A DNA stretch of 64,000 nucleotides, from contig JAADVB010000050.1 in NCBI GenBank assembly GCA_023334545.1, positions 28,018 to 92,017 of the forward strand. Reading direction: 5' to 3'. Both the position numbers and the translations under genes were made by a program. A model generated the notes under the pieces. The model had not been told where the DNA came from, did not search any database, and saw only the letters and a program-made list of their open reading frames with translations. The stretch comes from Salisapilia sapeloensis CBS 127946. Taxonomy: Eukaryota; Protista; Oomycota. Every line of letters begins with the position of its first letter. Positions within the stretch are counted from its first letter, which is position 1. Positions 1 through 12,948 of the stretch are shown one piece after another.

Positions 1-1092
1 CTTGTGCTGCACCTTGAGGCGCTTCCGTCCGACCTGGAACCCGTTCATGCCCTTGATGGCAGCTTCCGCCGATGCGGCATTGTCGTAGCTCACGAAGCCT
101 ATTGCAACGTGTTAGCGTCATAGTTACCAAGTTGATGTAGGGAGACGTACCAAAGCCACGGCTACGACCCGTGTCCTTCTCGACCATGATCCTGGCGCTA
201 ATGACGTTTCCGAACGTGGCAAAGTAGTTGAAAAGATCCTGATTGGTCATGTCGTTCGGAATGTGAAAAACAAATAGGTTGCATCCAGGAGGACCTGGTC
301 CATGCATAGAAAAGAAAACGGGAGCGAGACCAAGGGACGAATAGAGCACACGCAGACATGCAAAACAAAATACACGGTGACCATCCAAACATACACAAAA
401 GGAGACGAGAAGGACGCTTTACACGCATGTAGACACTACAGATCCACGAGAGACGGAACGAGTGTTGTACGAGCTGATGGTCTCTTCTCTTATATAAACA
501 AGAGAGAAAAGAGGCTTACCTTGGCCGCTTTCGGTCATTTGGATGGGAGGTCCCGGACCAGCCATCTGAGGCGCATACCCTACATACAGCCACGTCAGGA
601 TACGTTCGATGGACTAGTAAGAGAAGGGATGAACCGTAAGGCGTCGGGACTGGATACATGTATCCACCGTTCGCGTACGGGGGATAGCCCATTTGCTGTC
701 CAAAAGGCTGAGGAAAACCCATAAAGGGAGCACCTATAATATACGATCAGTACGCTGATCCGACAGCTAATCCTGGCGTCTTTCAGCCTATACCTTGGCC
801 TTGGGCGAGCGGTTGATTGACGAATTCAGCGCCAGGCTGACCGACGTGCGGTTGCATTTCCGCAGGTCCTCCCGCTAAACTCGCAGGTCTAGAAGAGAAT
901 AAAATGTCAGTAAGAAAATGAAATGGTTCGTTGTACAGCATCCTACCGTTCCCAAGTGGATTCTCCAGTGAACGAGTTGTAATAATACTTGCGTCCATTC
1001 GGGGCGTCATGCTCCGACCATTGGTTTTCAGGAGAAGGCGTGGTATCCTGCACACCGTGCGGATGTTCCGGCGATCCCATTGTAGTGTCCAT
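1..1092 (-). CDS. WW-domain plus CELF/Bruno-type RRM RNA-binding protein (FCA/CELF-like); 3' end runs off the window
   Basis: Hand-spliced. WW domain [26 protein letters not shown], then a P/Q-rich linker, then [16 protein letters not shown]...SRGFGFVSYDN...[20 protein letters not shown], which matches CELF RRM3. Five GT-AG introns, including a 225-nt one at 295-519. ATG at 1092. Confidence 0.88.
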
Positions 1093-1775
1093 TGTGGTTT
1101 TCGTCCGAGCGCAAAGTAATGACGAAGTGATCCGAGGGATGCAAGTGCTATAGATCAAGAGACGCGGGTCGTGCTTGTCTTTCGATAGAAATACGAAAGC
1201 GGTGTATCAAATCACAAGAGCTTGACGGCGTGGACGCGCGTGGCAGGAGAAAACTCGACGGTAGCTCCTACTTGTTCTCTTTTCCCGAGAAAGTTGTGAT
1301 GTGCTGGTAATTTAGTGGATCACCACCTATCAAATGTAAATTTATGAGACGTCCGGCTAGATATTCGTGCGACATCCGTGCAACCTTTTCGGGTGGGAGA
1401 GTAGGATCTTCAGACGGCACTGAGGAGCGTTTTCTTGCCCTTGTCTGGCGGCTGTTGACTTGATGCGATCAGACGATTGGACAAAACCTTTACTAGCGCT
1501 GATTAAAAGTGTAATGACGTCTTGGCTAAGGTAACGCTTGACGTTCGAGTTCAAGATGCGAGTAGGATCAAGCCAATGAGTTGGAAAGAGGTCTGCTTTT
1601 ATTCCAATCGCATTGCCCGCATGTGGAAGGACGCGACATGCCGATTTATTCTGCCACGACAAGATAGAAAAGTGGTGGGGAGAGGAAGAAAAGTCGTGTT
1701 CCGACGGTCACTGCGTTCTAGTATGAGGCGATCAGACGACTTATAGAGATCCTGGTCCGTCCGTCCGTCCTCTGG

Positions 1776-1790
1776 TCATTTCCCAACTTT
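1776..1790 (+). promoter_or_regulatory. Oomycete-type INR+FPR core promoter
   Basis: TCATTTCCCAACTTT lies 20 nt upstream of the ATG at 1811 and fits the YCAYTYY plus downstream MWTTT pattern known from oomycete promoters. Confidence 0.6.
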
Positions 1791-1810
1791 CCTCCCGTCG
1801 AGCAGACCGC

Positions 1811-3385
1811 ATGGTACGCAAGGCCTTTATCATCGGCGGCGTCGTCCTGGTGCTCGCCGCCGTCGTGGCAGTCATCCTCGGTACGTCTATCAAGTAGTCA
1901 GTAGCATCCCATCAGCTCCTCATCCCTTTCTGTCCTGCAGGTGTCACGTTGAGCGGTAGCGACGACTCGAACACTGGCGACGGCAACTCGGGCTCCGGTT
2001 CCGATGCCTCTGGAGGTGGAGGCGATATATCTAGCTCCAAGAACGTATCGGACGATGACCTCTTGGAAGAAACAAGCGACTCGGGCTCTGGCTCTGGCAG
2101 CTCGCTATATGCGGATGAACCAGACAGTGACCCCGACACGATTGAAGAAGCGTTGACGATGCTCGCGATCGGTGACTGGGGTGCCACGACCGACAAGCCT
2201 GGTTCGTGCTGCAACAAGTACCGCAAGACGCCGAACGATTCGCTCGCGATGAAGATCGACTACTGGGCGCAGATTAATGTGGCTGAAATCCTGTCGCAAT
2301 CTGCTGCAGACATCAAACCCACTGCGATCATCGGCCACGGTGACAACATCTACTGGAACGGTGTCGGTCCGGACGATGCAGAGTACCGTATGGAGAAAAC
2401 GTTTGAAGAAGTGTACGACCAGGAGTCTCTCCAGGGCATTCCATGGGTCAATGTTGTCGGCAATCACGATCTCGGTGGATCCGAGTACCTCTGTGGTGAC
2501 AAGGATTACGAGTTTCACGAGTGTGAGAGCGCCGATGATTTGGTCAAGTACCTTAAGCTCAAGTTTTCTCTCCAACAAGAGTACAAGAGTCCGAATGACG
2601 ACCGATGGAAGCTGTCGGACCACTACTATGTCGAGTCGTTTGAAGCGAATGGCGTGTCCGTAGACATTTTCAATGTCGACACGAATTTGGCAGATTCCCA
2701 TGGTGCCATGCAGATTTGTTGCCAGTGCTATGGCTACGTGAAGAAGGTGGCCAAGACGGCGGAAGAGGCCAGTACACTCGGAGACACTTGTAATGACCAA
2801 AAGCCTGGCGATGAGCTTTGTGCTGGTGGAGATAGAGCCTTGTACGATGCTTGCTACGACGTGCTGCAGGAGTGGTGGGACGATTCGTTGGAACAAGTGC
2901 AAAAGGATCTAAAGGCGTCCAAGGCGACGTGGAAGATCATCAACACGCACTACTCTCCCCACTTCCACATGAGCGAAGACAAAATGAAGCAATGGTACTC
3001 GATTACCAAGGAGCACAATGTCCAGTTGTACATGAACGGACACACTCATGGTTTCAACCATGATCTAAGCAAATGGGGCACGCACTTCTTTGAGAATGGA
3101 GGTGGTGGAGGTATCCAGAGTGAGACGTCTGGTCTGCCACCTGATGTCGCGATCAAGTTCGTGGAGAACGTGTGGGTCGCGCCTGGTAACCCGTACGGAT
3201 TCTTTGAGCTCCACTTTTCGGAAGACTGGCTCACGATGGAATTTGTCACGTTTGACAATGCATGGACATTTAGCAAGGTGAAGAATGAGATTACGACTGG
3301 TGGCTACGAGAAGAGTCATTGCTACCACATCCCAGTGACCATGGGCAAGGGTCGTCCGTGTGGCGGAGGCTCGTCAACTAGCTAG
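1811..3385 (+). CDS. Type II membrane-anchored calcineurin-like metallophosphoesterase (acid phosphatase-like)
   Basis: Exon 1 (1811-1880) encodes a hydrophobic anchor, MVRKAFIIGGVVLVLAAVVAVILG. Intron 1881-1940. An S/G/D-rich stalk follows, then the metallophosphoesterase motifs GDWG, GDNIY, GNHD and GHTH. Confidence 0.88.
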
Positions 3386-3612
3386 AGACAGCTACTTTGG
3401 AAAGATTTCAATCCTTTTTGCATTTACATGTGACCTTTTGGTTTTCAGACACTAGAAAGATCAAAAGGCAAATACAAGTATCGTTTGGCTTGGCATCTTA
3501 TAAATATGCAGGAATAGTCTGTATTCCAAGTTTTGATTGGTTGTAAAGATGAATGTAGCTTTGGGATTGGATGAAAATGAAAAGAGTTTAAATATATTTT
3601 TCCCGCGGAAGC

Positions 3613-4744
3613 ATGAAGCACATGCAGCCAGTGATGCTACGGCATCTACCGTCTTTGGACGATGGATATCACTTGCTTCCTGTCAATGATAAGTGGTCGG
3701 AAAAGCTGCCTGCTGAGCTTCCTCTTCGCTTCGCATTCTTTCGGTCTGTGTATAGTTTGGTAAACTAGTGGAGTCTACTGACAATGACGATGTTGATACA
3801 GTTACTTGGGCTTCTTGGTCGTGTGCAGTAAGAATGGCAAGACGAATGTCGTAAAGACGAAAAAGCTGCGTGCTTTGCATGTGACAATCCATAATGACGA
3901 GGAAGAAGTGTTTGACGAAAGCGTTCATCCGTTCCCGAACGGTGTCTTCTATATGCAGGACTTGATCATGGAGGAGCCTGGCGAGTATCGACTATCTATC
4001 TCTGTGGAAGGAGAGATGGGTCCTCTAATAAAGCCATTGACACTCAGTTGCAACGTATATGAGTTCATGGGTTTAGATAACACTAGTTCCGAGTGGGCAC
4101 AAGGTGTCTACGCTCCACTTCGGCAGGTCGTGGAGGAACTTGAAAGCCAGAAGAAGATTGAAAACCTTCGTGATGAGAAATTCATTACTGAAATAGCTCG
4201 TAGCAAGAGACATTCCTTGCGTGTTTGTGATGCAAAGGTACACTTGTTCTCTGAAGGACAGCTTATCAGGTTCTTACAAATGGACTAGTGGTGGCTGAAA
4301 GCATTCGTCCAGCATAGTCTGGACAGAGAGGAACAGATGCAGCTTCAACGACAGAGACTAGCTGTACGTATACACTACCATTTCATCCCTCCTCTTTCTC
4401 TCATCTCCTACAGACCAAACCTTTGGAATCGAAGCGAAAACGGAAGCAGGAGCATCCAAGTACGCTATATTTTCCTCTTCCATTGCATCCTCTATAGCTC
4501 ATACATTTACATAGGTCGCACAGCCACGGAGAGAGAGCATGAAAACTTGTTCCAGCGTCGTAGGAAAGAGTGGAAGCGTGTCCGAACGGGAGAACTGCGC
4601 ATGTTCACCACTGAACGTCTACATGGTACGTCTATCTTCCTACCTCTTGTTCCACCATCTAACAATTGTATAGCTGGCGCGACCGTGACTGTGTACAGTC
4701 AACGAGATATGTACAAGCAGCTTTCCTTGTACGCTCAGCTATGA
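3613..4744 (+). CDS. Hypothetical protein, 6 exons
   Basis: Five GT-AG introns (the first at 3744-3801) join the ORF pieces 3806-4288 and 4337-4744 into one frame, from MKHMQPVML to SLYAQL*. No family recognised. Confidence 0.6.
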
Positions 4745-4782
4745 CTTAAGACCCAGTAGGCAGGAATAAATATACGTGTATT

Positions 4783-7495
4783 TCAATCCGAGGTCGTCGG
4801 TAGCGTGATAGAAAACTCCATCTGCGGCGCGGGAGGTGTCCCATGCGGTCGTTCAAACGCTGATTCATAGTACTCAGCCAGTACGCCCAAGTACCGCGAC
4901 AATGACCTCTCTGCATACGCTTCCAAGTGTGTCGGAAAGTGAATACCTTCCACGCGTTTCTGCCCATGCGTTGCCATCTGCACTGCCACCATCTTCATCT
5001 GCGCGTCGAGTTTGCTAGCAAGGAGCAAGTCGACTGTCAGCTCTTCATCGTCCATACCTTGATGGAAGATAGAGGCGCTGCTACTACTGCTCGAATGCAT
5101 GCTTCCGTTGCTACTAGGCATCCGAACGGACTTTAACGTAGCGCTTTCATCCCACTCGATCAACCGGCCAAGTACTGCTCTTCCTTCCATCTGCTCTTCG
5201 TCCTTATCTTGAGCATCGGAGGAAGCGCCTAGAAGTAGCGTATGCGCCATCTCACTTAGCTGTGTCCAATACCCACCGACTGGCGATGCAGATGTGGCAG
5301 ACGACGTAGATGCGTCTGTCGCTGTCGGACTATTGTGTTCAAAGAAGCGTGTGGGAGCTAGTAGAATCCGATCGGATGCACAAGGTAGATCCAGTCGATT
5401 GTATACAAAGACTTTAAAGACGAGGATGTAGCAGAATATCTTTTGGACTTCTTCGTTCCAATGGAGGAAGAGCTGGAAGAAGTGTTCTTTCAAGATCAAA
5501 TTCGCGATTAATCGACGTCGCATTGTAGCTGGGAAAAGACCTACGCTTTCAACGTTAGTGTTTAAGAGAGTATGGAAGAGATATTAGAAGGTACCAAGGG
5601 TATTGTAGAGGAACGTCAGGACTTTGAGTAGCGTCTGGACGTGTTCAGTTTCCAATGCAGGTCGCATGGCGGATTCAAACATGTCTAGATCGAACGATTC
5701 GGAGATGTTATGGTTCTTTATCCCGTTCATCCTCTCTTCCAAGGCATTTCCGGCGGACGAAACGGATGTGCCGAGGTCACGTCGAGAGGCTGCAGCGGCT
5801 GCGACTTGCAGTAGTCGCTGAAGGACTGTGAATGAGTAGTTGACACTAGCTGGATCGAGCATATTCGTGCCTTCTAGTACGACTTGGAGGACGACATTGA
5901 CGAGCTGTTCGTTGCAAAGCACTTCATAGGACGCATCATACACGATCTCAGTCTCTCTCCCGACCCAATACGCTTGCCACGTATCGGCCGTTCTGCCATC
6001 AAGGATGGACAAGAGGCGACTCATGGATCCATTAGAGGTTCCTGACGGTGTGTTTAGATCCATACGTTGTCGACGTTGACACATGCGTTTTAATACTTCT
6101 GTATACGCTCGAAGGAAGGTAAAGTATCCAGGAATACAATACCAAACGATCTCTTCTCTAGCATGCTGGCAGTACCATACAGACACAGTATTACACAGAG
6201 CTGCTGTAAACGTTACGACCATCAAGTCTTCGCGAACAGGTACGGCCAGTCGCTTGGTGAATGACGTGATTGCGTCCGATAGATGCTGACGAGACATCCA
6301 GTTCTTCGCAAAGACCTTTCGTTCTGATGTGAGTGCAGTGGAGATGAGAGGCATGGTTGATAGAAAGCTTTCGTCTCGATCCTTATTCGCGTGCATTTGG
6401 TGCTTGAAGACTTTGCTCAGTGCTTCATCGATACGATGCGAGACTCTAGCTAGCATCTTGTCATGACCTTCAGATGTCTTGGTATCGAAAGAAGAGCTAG
6501 GTGGATGGATATCGACGGGATTCCTCTTGTAATTGCGAAAGGCATTCAATACGTTCGTCACGACATTAACATCTTGGTCCGACTCGGAGTCGTTTAATGA
6601 TACGTAATGCCAAGTAATCTGGTCGGATGGACCCTCTATAGAATCTTCCGTCGTCTTGGAAGATGTATCTTGAGGCTGCTTGTCCTTCCCTCCACTCCCT
6701 CGTATCTGGTGCGTACAGTTCCACGCTGCCGTGATGAAGTGCGACGAGAAAGTTGGAAACCGCAAATAGATGAGAGCAAACGTATGAGAGAGAAAGAGCT
6801 GGTGTTCATCCGATAGAAACCGTAGATGCAGCAGCTTAGACGTACACAAGTCGAGGCATCGCGTCAGTAGTGCAAAGTATCGTTCCGCCACTATCATCAC
6901 ATTAGTACCTCTAGAGCACACAAGTAGATAAATGAGAGATGTTATACCGTGATCCGATACGTGGATAATGTCTTTATCTAATCGGAAGCCCTCGACAAAT
7001 TCTAGTCGATGTGCGATGCAGACGGCGATCTGGAGATACAACGCTCGGCATCGATTACGCACCGGAACAGACTCACTCATGTCCATAATGTACTCCCTAC
7101 ATCCACCAGATCATCTACCACTACTCGATATCTCCATCTAACGATAGCAAGTCGTACCATAGATCGACGAGCGCGAGCTGACCCTCGAGCAATGTCAGCA
7201 GCTTGGGTGCTTGTGGGTAATACGACAATGACGTCGTGGTTGATATATGTTCATACCCACTCGCGAGTATATCAGCGCCAAAGTCTGCGTAGAGGAAGTT
7301 TGGTCGTTGGAGCAGCGCTCGGGCGTCCGCAAGCATGGAAACTTTCCGCTCAAAGCCCCAGTGGCCGATGGTCGGACCAGAAACTCGCACCGGTTCTCGA
7401 TTTTTAGCAATCTTGACAAGGTCCTGCTGTACCTGTGAAGTAAAGCCTACGACTGGGTGGTGCACAGCACGATACAAGGCTGCATCGCGGAGCAT
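4783..7495 (-). CDS. Large hypothetical protein, possibly DUF1765-like (helical)
   Basis: ORFs 7121-7495, 5584-7086 and 4783-5523 join through GT-AG introns (LVDLW|EYIMDM and NTLG|LFPATMRRRL). The segment FFQLFLHWNEEVQKIFCYILVFK weakly resembles DUF1765-type proteins. The start codon is uncertain. Confidence 0.6.
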
Positions 7496-7701
7496 GGCGA
7501 CGAGTATTCTAATCTGATCGCAGATAGGAATAAAAACGGCAAGTCATGTCGCTGGTTCATTCGGACAGCCGTTCAAAGGTAGCGATCATATCAGGACAGT
7601 ACTTTGAAACGATGGAAGGGGAGTATTCGGTGTGTGTGGGAAAGAAAGTATACAGTTCTGTCGTTAAATACCTACGCTTGGTTCTAGAGAAATATGCTTG
7701 A

Positions 7702-8322
7702 CTATTCGTTCCATAGCTCAGAATGGTTTTCATCTGGTATCCAGCGCGTAGCTCGAAGAAGTAGCATCTCTTCCATAGGTGGAGAAGGTAGGTCGTCTAG
7801 AGACCGGTCCATGTCATCCATGACGATGACTTCAATGTCGTCGTTGAATCGAACAGCATGCGGTGCACCTAGATATTCGTGTGCTTCGCGGTGTTTGTAT
7901 CGATTCACTTGCTCGAGAACTGCTTTTCGACGCTCCTGACTTACTCGTTCGGAAGCTTTTTCAAGCTTGCGGAGCACACCGAAGGCCTGAAACCACTGAT
8001 TGCGCGCTAGCAACTGTTTGGCGTGATCGGCGGAAGTTTTCAAGACGTTCCATGCATGGCGCACGGCATCATTCGAGGTAACGCGTGGCCATGGGATGGC
8101 ATCCCGCGGCCAAAATGTTTTTGCCGAACGTAGAGATGAGCGAGGGGATGCCGACTCGAATTGCTTCGAGACTTTAAGCAGCGCCAATTGATCGCATGCC
8201 GATCCACCGTCGTCTTCGGTCATTTCGTCTGAAAGGGATTGGGAAGTAGAGCGCAACCGTTTTAGCGATGTCGACATACAGGCCGTGGCCTCGAGCGTCT
8301 GCTGGGGCATGCACGAGATCAT
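7702..8322 (-). CDS. Hypothetical protein (~200 aa)
   Basis: Single ORF with protein-like composition, in a gap where no other gene fits. No recognised domain. Confidence 0.5.
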   Translation of the reverse strand: MISCMPQQTLEATACMSTSLKRLRSTSQSLSDEMTEDDGGSACDQLALLKVSKQFESASPRSSLRSAKTFWPRDAIPWPRVTSNDAVRHAWNVLKTSADHAKQLLARNQWFQAFGVLRKLEKASERVSQERRKAVLEQVNRYKHREAHEYLGAPHAVRFNDDIEVIVMDDMDRSLDDLPSPPMEEMLLLRATRWIPDENHSELWNE

Positions 8323-9343
8323 TGGTTGGGTTCCAAATCGAAAATAAATCTTGATTAGGACTCGTGCTCATGCCGAGGGAACCCCTCTACTGGCTAGAAA
8401 CTTGGTTGCAATGATCTTAACCGGCTGGAAGCTCGTGTCCTGTGGCTCATGACGCCGCAGCCACACAAAGTGACCACGCATCTGTTAACAAACGAAGGCA
8501 AAAGTGCATATAGATAGGGCGAGGGCATCTACTCGTGGCCTAGAAGAGTGATAGTAATCTCGAAAACAAGATCCAAGATCGTGTACCTCGATGCGCGAGG
8601 TTGTGCATCGTTCCTATGCCCTAGTACTTCACCTGACTTCTCGAGCGACTGCGAGTATGAAGTCTCACGTCGGCGACATTTACATGTTTGTGGCTTCAAT
8701 GCGAGTGAAACTGTAGGTTTTCGTACGTGCGAAGAGACCGTGTGAAGAGCCTGTCCAAGCGCCTAGTCAACCTTCGAGGTATCTCATGTAGGCCCACACT
8801 TCTGATATAACTCTTCTCTGTTGCGCAAGACAACTTCAGGAAGGATAGAGTAGAGTAGACCTGTGCTGACGGATACATGCGCCCGTTGCTGTCCATTTTT
8901 GTTGGAGATCGCGCTTGTCATCTCCTGCCTGACCTTGTTTCAACCGAAGTGTATCCAGAACGACGAAAGCCATTAACGTTCAGTCGACAGTCAGGTGCAC
9001 AAAGGTACCAGTTAGGTACACACCTTCATTGTGGTCGGGAGCATGTATCTAGACGACTACATCAAACATTTTCTCATACACCGAGGACATGTAGAGCAAA
9101 AATTTCTCGAATGCTTCAAGACAAAGAGCATTTCTACCAATCACCACTAGCTTCAACCACACTTCGTATGAACTTCAACCACATTAAATGTGGCAATAAT
9201 TATTTATACAAGGCACATCATCTATTCCTACTGTTCAATCATGGCAATCGGTAGATTTGCAATTGATCGAATGTCATCTAACGACTAGCTCCACGCCACA
9301 GAGACATCATTTTATATCCTCCAGTCTCCCTAGTACGTAAAAC

Positions 9344-11011
9344 ATGTCGGACGGATTGTACCTTGGATTCGACTGCTCGACGCAGAGTATGACGGCAGTC
9401 GTCGTCGACGCCGACGGAAACCTCGTGCGAGAGCTAAACTTTAGCTTTGACGAACGTCTGCCGCAGTATAAGACCGTCAATGGCGTCGTGCGTCCAGAAC
9501 GTGACGCAAATGAGGTCGAGATTCCGTCTCTCCTCTTTGTCGATGCTCTGGACGAAATGCTTGCGGACTTGGCGAAAGATCCTAAAGTAGACGTTTCAAA
9601 AATCCGTGCTGTTAGTGGTAGTGCCCAGCAGCATGCTTCTGTCTACTGGTCCAAGGAATTTTCTCTTCATAATGCTTTGAATGCTGCTGAAGGAAATGAA
9701 AGATTGGTGGATGCTCTTCGAAAGCAGTCGGAGCCATTCTACCTCGAGTGTGGTCCGTCCTGGATGGATTCCTCCACGACACGCTTCTGCAAGGACTTGG
9801 AGAAGGACGTTGGTGGGCCAGACCAAGTCGCTGCTATTAGTGGTTCTCGAGCGTATGAACGTTTTACGGGGAACCAGATCGCGAAGCGCGTGGAGGAGTA
9901 TCCTGACTTTTTCGATAAAGTTGGTCGCGTCGCGCTGGTGTCGAGTATGCTAACATCGCTTCTAGCAGGCGAGTACACGGCTATTGATGAAAGTGATGGG
10001 TCTGGCATGAACCTATACGACGTTCGGAAGCAAGAGTACTCTCCGGAATTGATGAAAGGCGTGGCGAAGTACAGCAAAGACCCGAACGCTGTGGACAAAC
10101 TCAAGACTGCTCTAGGAGACAATGTCACTCATTCCTACGCTACGGTCGGTACGATCCACCCGTACTACCAGAAGAAGTTCTCTTTTGCTCCAGACTGCCG
10201 TGTCATCCCGTTCTCCGGTGATAACCCGTGCTCTCTCGCTGGTATCGGATTGTCTGAGACGGGTGACATCGGCATCTCTCTCGGCACGTCGACTACGGTC
10301 ATGGCCGTTGTCCCGACGAGCGACGCACGCTTTTCGGGTAAGGAAGGCCACTTCTTCCGCAACCCGATCGACCCGCACAGTCTCATGGCCATGATCTGCT
10401 ACAAGAATGGTGCGTTGACGAGGGAGGAGGTGAAGAACCGCCGCGTGCAGGATTCGTGGGAGCACTTTGGATCGATGTTGCAGCAGACGCCGATCGGGAA
10501 CAACGGGACATTCGGTTTCTACTACACCGATGCGGAGATCACGCCTCCAACGGCCCGTGGCGGCATCGTTGGCTTTGACGCGAATGACAAGCGCATTGAT
10601 TTATCGCAAGCTCCGGCCGAGACGGAAGTGCGCGCTGTAGTAGAAGGTCAGATTTTGTCGTTACGTTTGCATGCAGAGATGCTCGGTGTCCGTGACCCGC
10701 AGCGTTTGATCGTTGTCGGCGGTGCGTCTGCGAACCGAGAGATCTCGGAAGTTTTAGCAAATGTTTTTAATGCACCTGTGTACACGCTCCCAGCCGTGGC
10801 CAACTCGGCTGCATTGGGTGGCGCCTTCCGTGCTCGCCACGGCTACCGTTGCGCGGAAAGCAACGAGTCGTGGGTGCACTTTGAAGTCGGCAAGAGCTTG
10901 AACTTGCAGTTGGCGGCGGAGCCTACGCAGGATGCTGCAGAAGCGTATACGAAGCTACTTCCACGCTTCCAGCAATTGGAACAGCTCGCGGTACAGGAAT
11001 TATCCACGTAG
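9344..11011 (+). CDS. XYLB: Xylulose kinase (FGGY family, eukaryotic type)
   Basis: Intronless, 555 aa. Motifs GFDCSTQS, SGSAQQH, WMDSST, AYERFTGNQI, GDNP, SLGTS and GGASAN. Confidence 0.93.
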   Translation: MSDGLYLGFDCSTQSMTAVVVDADGNLVRELNFSFDERLPQYKTVNGVVRPERDANEVEIPSLLFVDALDEMLADLAKDPKVDVSKIRAVSGSAQQHASVYWSKEFSLHNALNAAEGNERLVDALRKQSEPFYLECGPSWMDSSTTRFCKDLEKDVGGPDQVAAISGSRAYERFTGNQIAKRVEEYPDFFDKVGRVALVSSMLTSLLAGEYTAIDESDGSGMNLYDVRKQEYSPELMKGVAKYSKDPNAVDKLKTALGDNVTHSYATVGTIHPYYQKKFSFAPDCRVIPFSGDNPCSLAGIGLSETGDIGISLGTSTTVMAVVPTSDARFSGKEGHFFRNPIDPHSLMAMICYKNGALTREEVKNRRVQDSWEHFGSMLQQTPIGNNGTFGFYYTDAEITPPTARGGIVGFDANDKRIDLSQAPAETEVRAVVEGQILSLRLHAEMLGVRDPQRLIVVGGASANREISEVLANVFNAPVYTLPAVANSAALGGAFRARHGYRCAESNESWVHFEVGKSLNLQLAAEPTQDAAEAYTKLLPRFQQLEQLAVQELST

Positions 11012-11165
11012 GCTTATTGAACATGAATTGAAATGAGGAACGAGTGTTTTGTGTCTACTTTATATGGCTGTTCATGCTCAAGGTCGATTAGATGACCTGT
11101 TATCACCCATCCTAGATGCATGTGTGTGTAGGAGCCATTTATCAATATCGTGTGGGTGGAACAAG

Positions 11166-12903
11166 ATGCTCGCGAAACGCTTCCTACAGAGACTACCGAC
11201 GGGATCCCGTAGTGTGCACCGTAGTGCCGTCGCTGCGCTTCCGGAAATCCCATTCAAGCTCGCGGATATTGGGGAAGGTATCGCCGAAGTCGAATTGCTA
11301 CAGTGGTTTGTGAACGACGGCGACACCGTCTCGCAATTCCAGAAAGTGTGTGAAGTCCAGAGTGACAAGGTACTCTTTCCTGTCTTTCCTATCACGACCC
11401 ATGTCCTTATGTATGAGTGCAGGCCACAGTGGAGATCACCAGTCGCTTTGATGGCGTCGTGACCAAGCGCCACTACGAAGTGGGAGATATGGCTGTCGTT
11501 GGCACCACGCTCATTGATATTGACGTCCCAGAGGACGTGGCGAAGGCTGCAGGTCCGTCCACGAGCGAGCCGAAGAAGGAGACTCCTCAGCCGAAAGCGC
11601 CGAGTGCTCCTACTCCAAAGCCGGAGAAGTCGAAACCAAAGACGCCAGAGCCAAAGCCGCAGGCATCTGAAGCTCCAGCGACAAGGAAGACAGCGGATCG
11701 AGGCATTAGTGAGAAGGTGAAGACGTCTCCGGCCGTTCGACGACTTGCTCGGGAACATAACATTGATCTGGAGAACATTGAAGGCACGGGACCTGCCGGT
11801 CGGATTTTAAAAGAGGACTTGCTGGCCTTTATCCGTGATCTGCCGTCTACGCCGCCGGCTCCGGCACCTACTAGCTCCTCGAGTAGTGAGCAGCAGGCTT
11901 CAGACCGTCCGAAATCAGCAGCTTACCTCCAGGAAGACACGGAAGTCTCTCTTACACGTACGCTTAATGCATATGATTCTGCGGAAGAGTAGTATTAACA
12001 TGGAGAATAGCGGTACAGAAGATGATGGTCAAGTCCATGAACGCTGCGCTTGCGATTCCACACTTTGGATACGCGGACGAGGTACGTGTTCATCTATTCC
12101 ATCGCTTGAAGGATGCTGATGAAATAGTTGATAGATCCAAATGGATGCTCTCTACAAACTTCGAGAGGAGATGAAACCTATTGCTAAGGAACGAGGCACA
12201 AAGCTTTCGTACATGCCTTTCGTCGTCAAGGTCCTGCTTTTGATACGATAAACGTCTGTAGCTCTACTTACATGTCTACAGGCAGCATCGCTAGCTCTCA
12301 AGCAATACCCGTCGTTAAATGCTAGCGTCAGTGAAGACGCGACGAAGATGACAATGCACGCTGCGCACAACATTTCAGTTGCCATGGACACTCCTGCTGG
12401 TCTCATCGTCCCAAACATCAAAAATGTCGAGGTATAGCTATTCATCTGATGTGTCTCGACACCCGCATCTTACCTGTCAATGCCACTAGACGAAGAGTAT
12501 CTTTGAAGTAGCAGAAGAGATGAACCGATTGCAGGAGCTTGCTACTGCGAACAAACTGTCTCCTGCGGATCTGTCCGGTGGAACCTTCTCGTAGGACTTT
12601 TACTGATCTTAGGAGGTGCATACGCTAACTCTTTCTCGCTATAGAATCTCCAACATTGGTGCCATTGGAGGCACGTACATGGGTCCGGTGATCATGGTTC
12701 CACAAGTAGCGATCGGGGCGATTGGCAAAATCCAAACATTGCCCCGCTTTGATGAACACGGAGAAGTGCAGGCTGTGCGACTGATGCAGGTTTCATGGAG
12801 TGGAGACCACCGCGTGATTGACGGTGCGACGATGGCTCGCTTCTCGAACCAGTGGAAGCAGTATCTCGAGAAGCCGACAACGATGCTGACGGAGATGAAT
12901 TAA
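11166..12903 (+). CDS. DBT: Branched-chain alpha-ketoacid dehydrogenase E2 (dihydrolipoamide branched-chain transacylase)
   Basis: Mitochondrial transit-like N-terminus. Lipoyl domain [14 protein letters not shown]...VCEVQSDK|[21 protein letters not shown] and catalytic DHRVIDG. Six GT-AG introns, the first at 11370-11422. Confidence 0.95.
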
Positions 12904-12948
12904 GTCGCTCTCGACGCAATAAACTTACCTTGTTATCCTTTAATTCTA

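Noticed and set aside
8400-9300. Possible cryptic multi-exon gene on the minus strand (e.g. MIEH|SYEVWLKLVVIGRNALCLEAFEKFLLY...)
   Set aside because: Several GT-AG combinations are possible, but each needs very short introns or ends early, and none gives a recognisable protein. It cannot be supported without RNA data.
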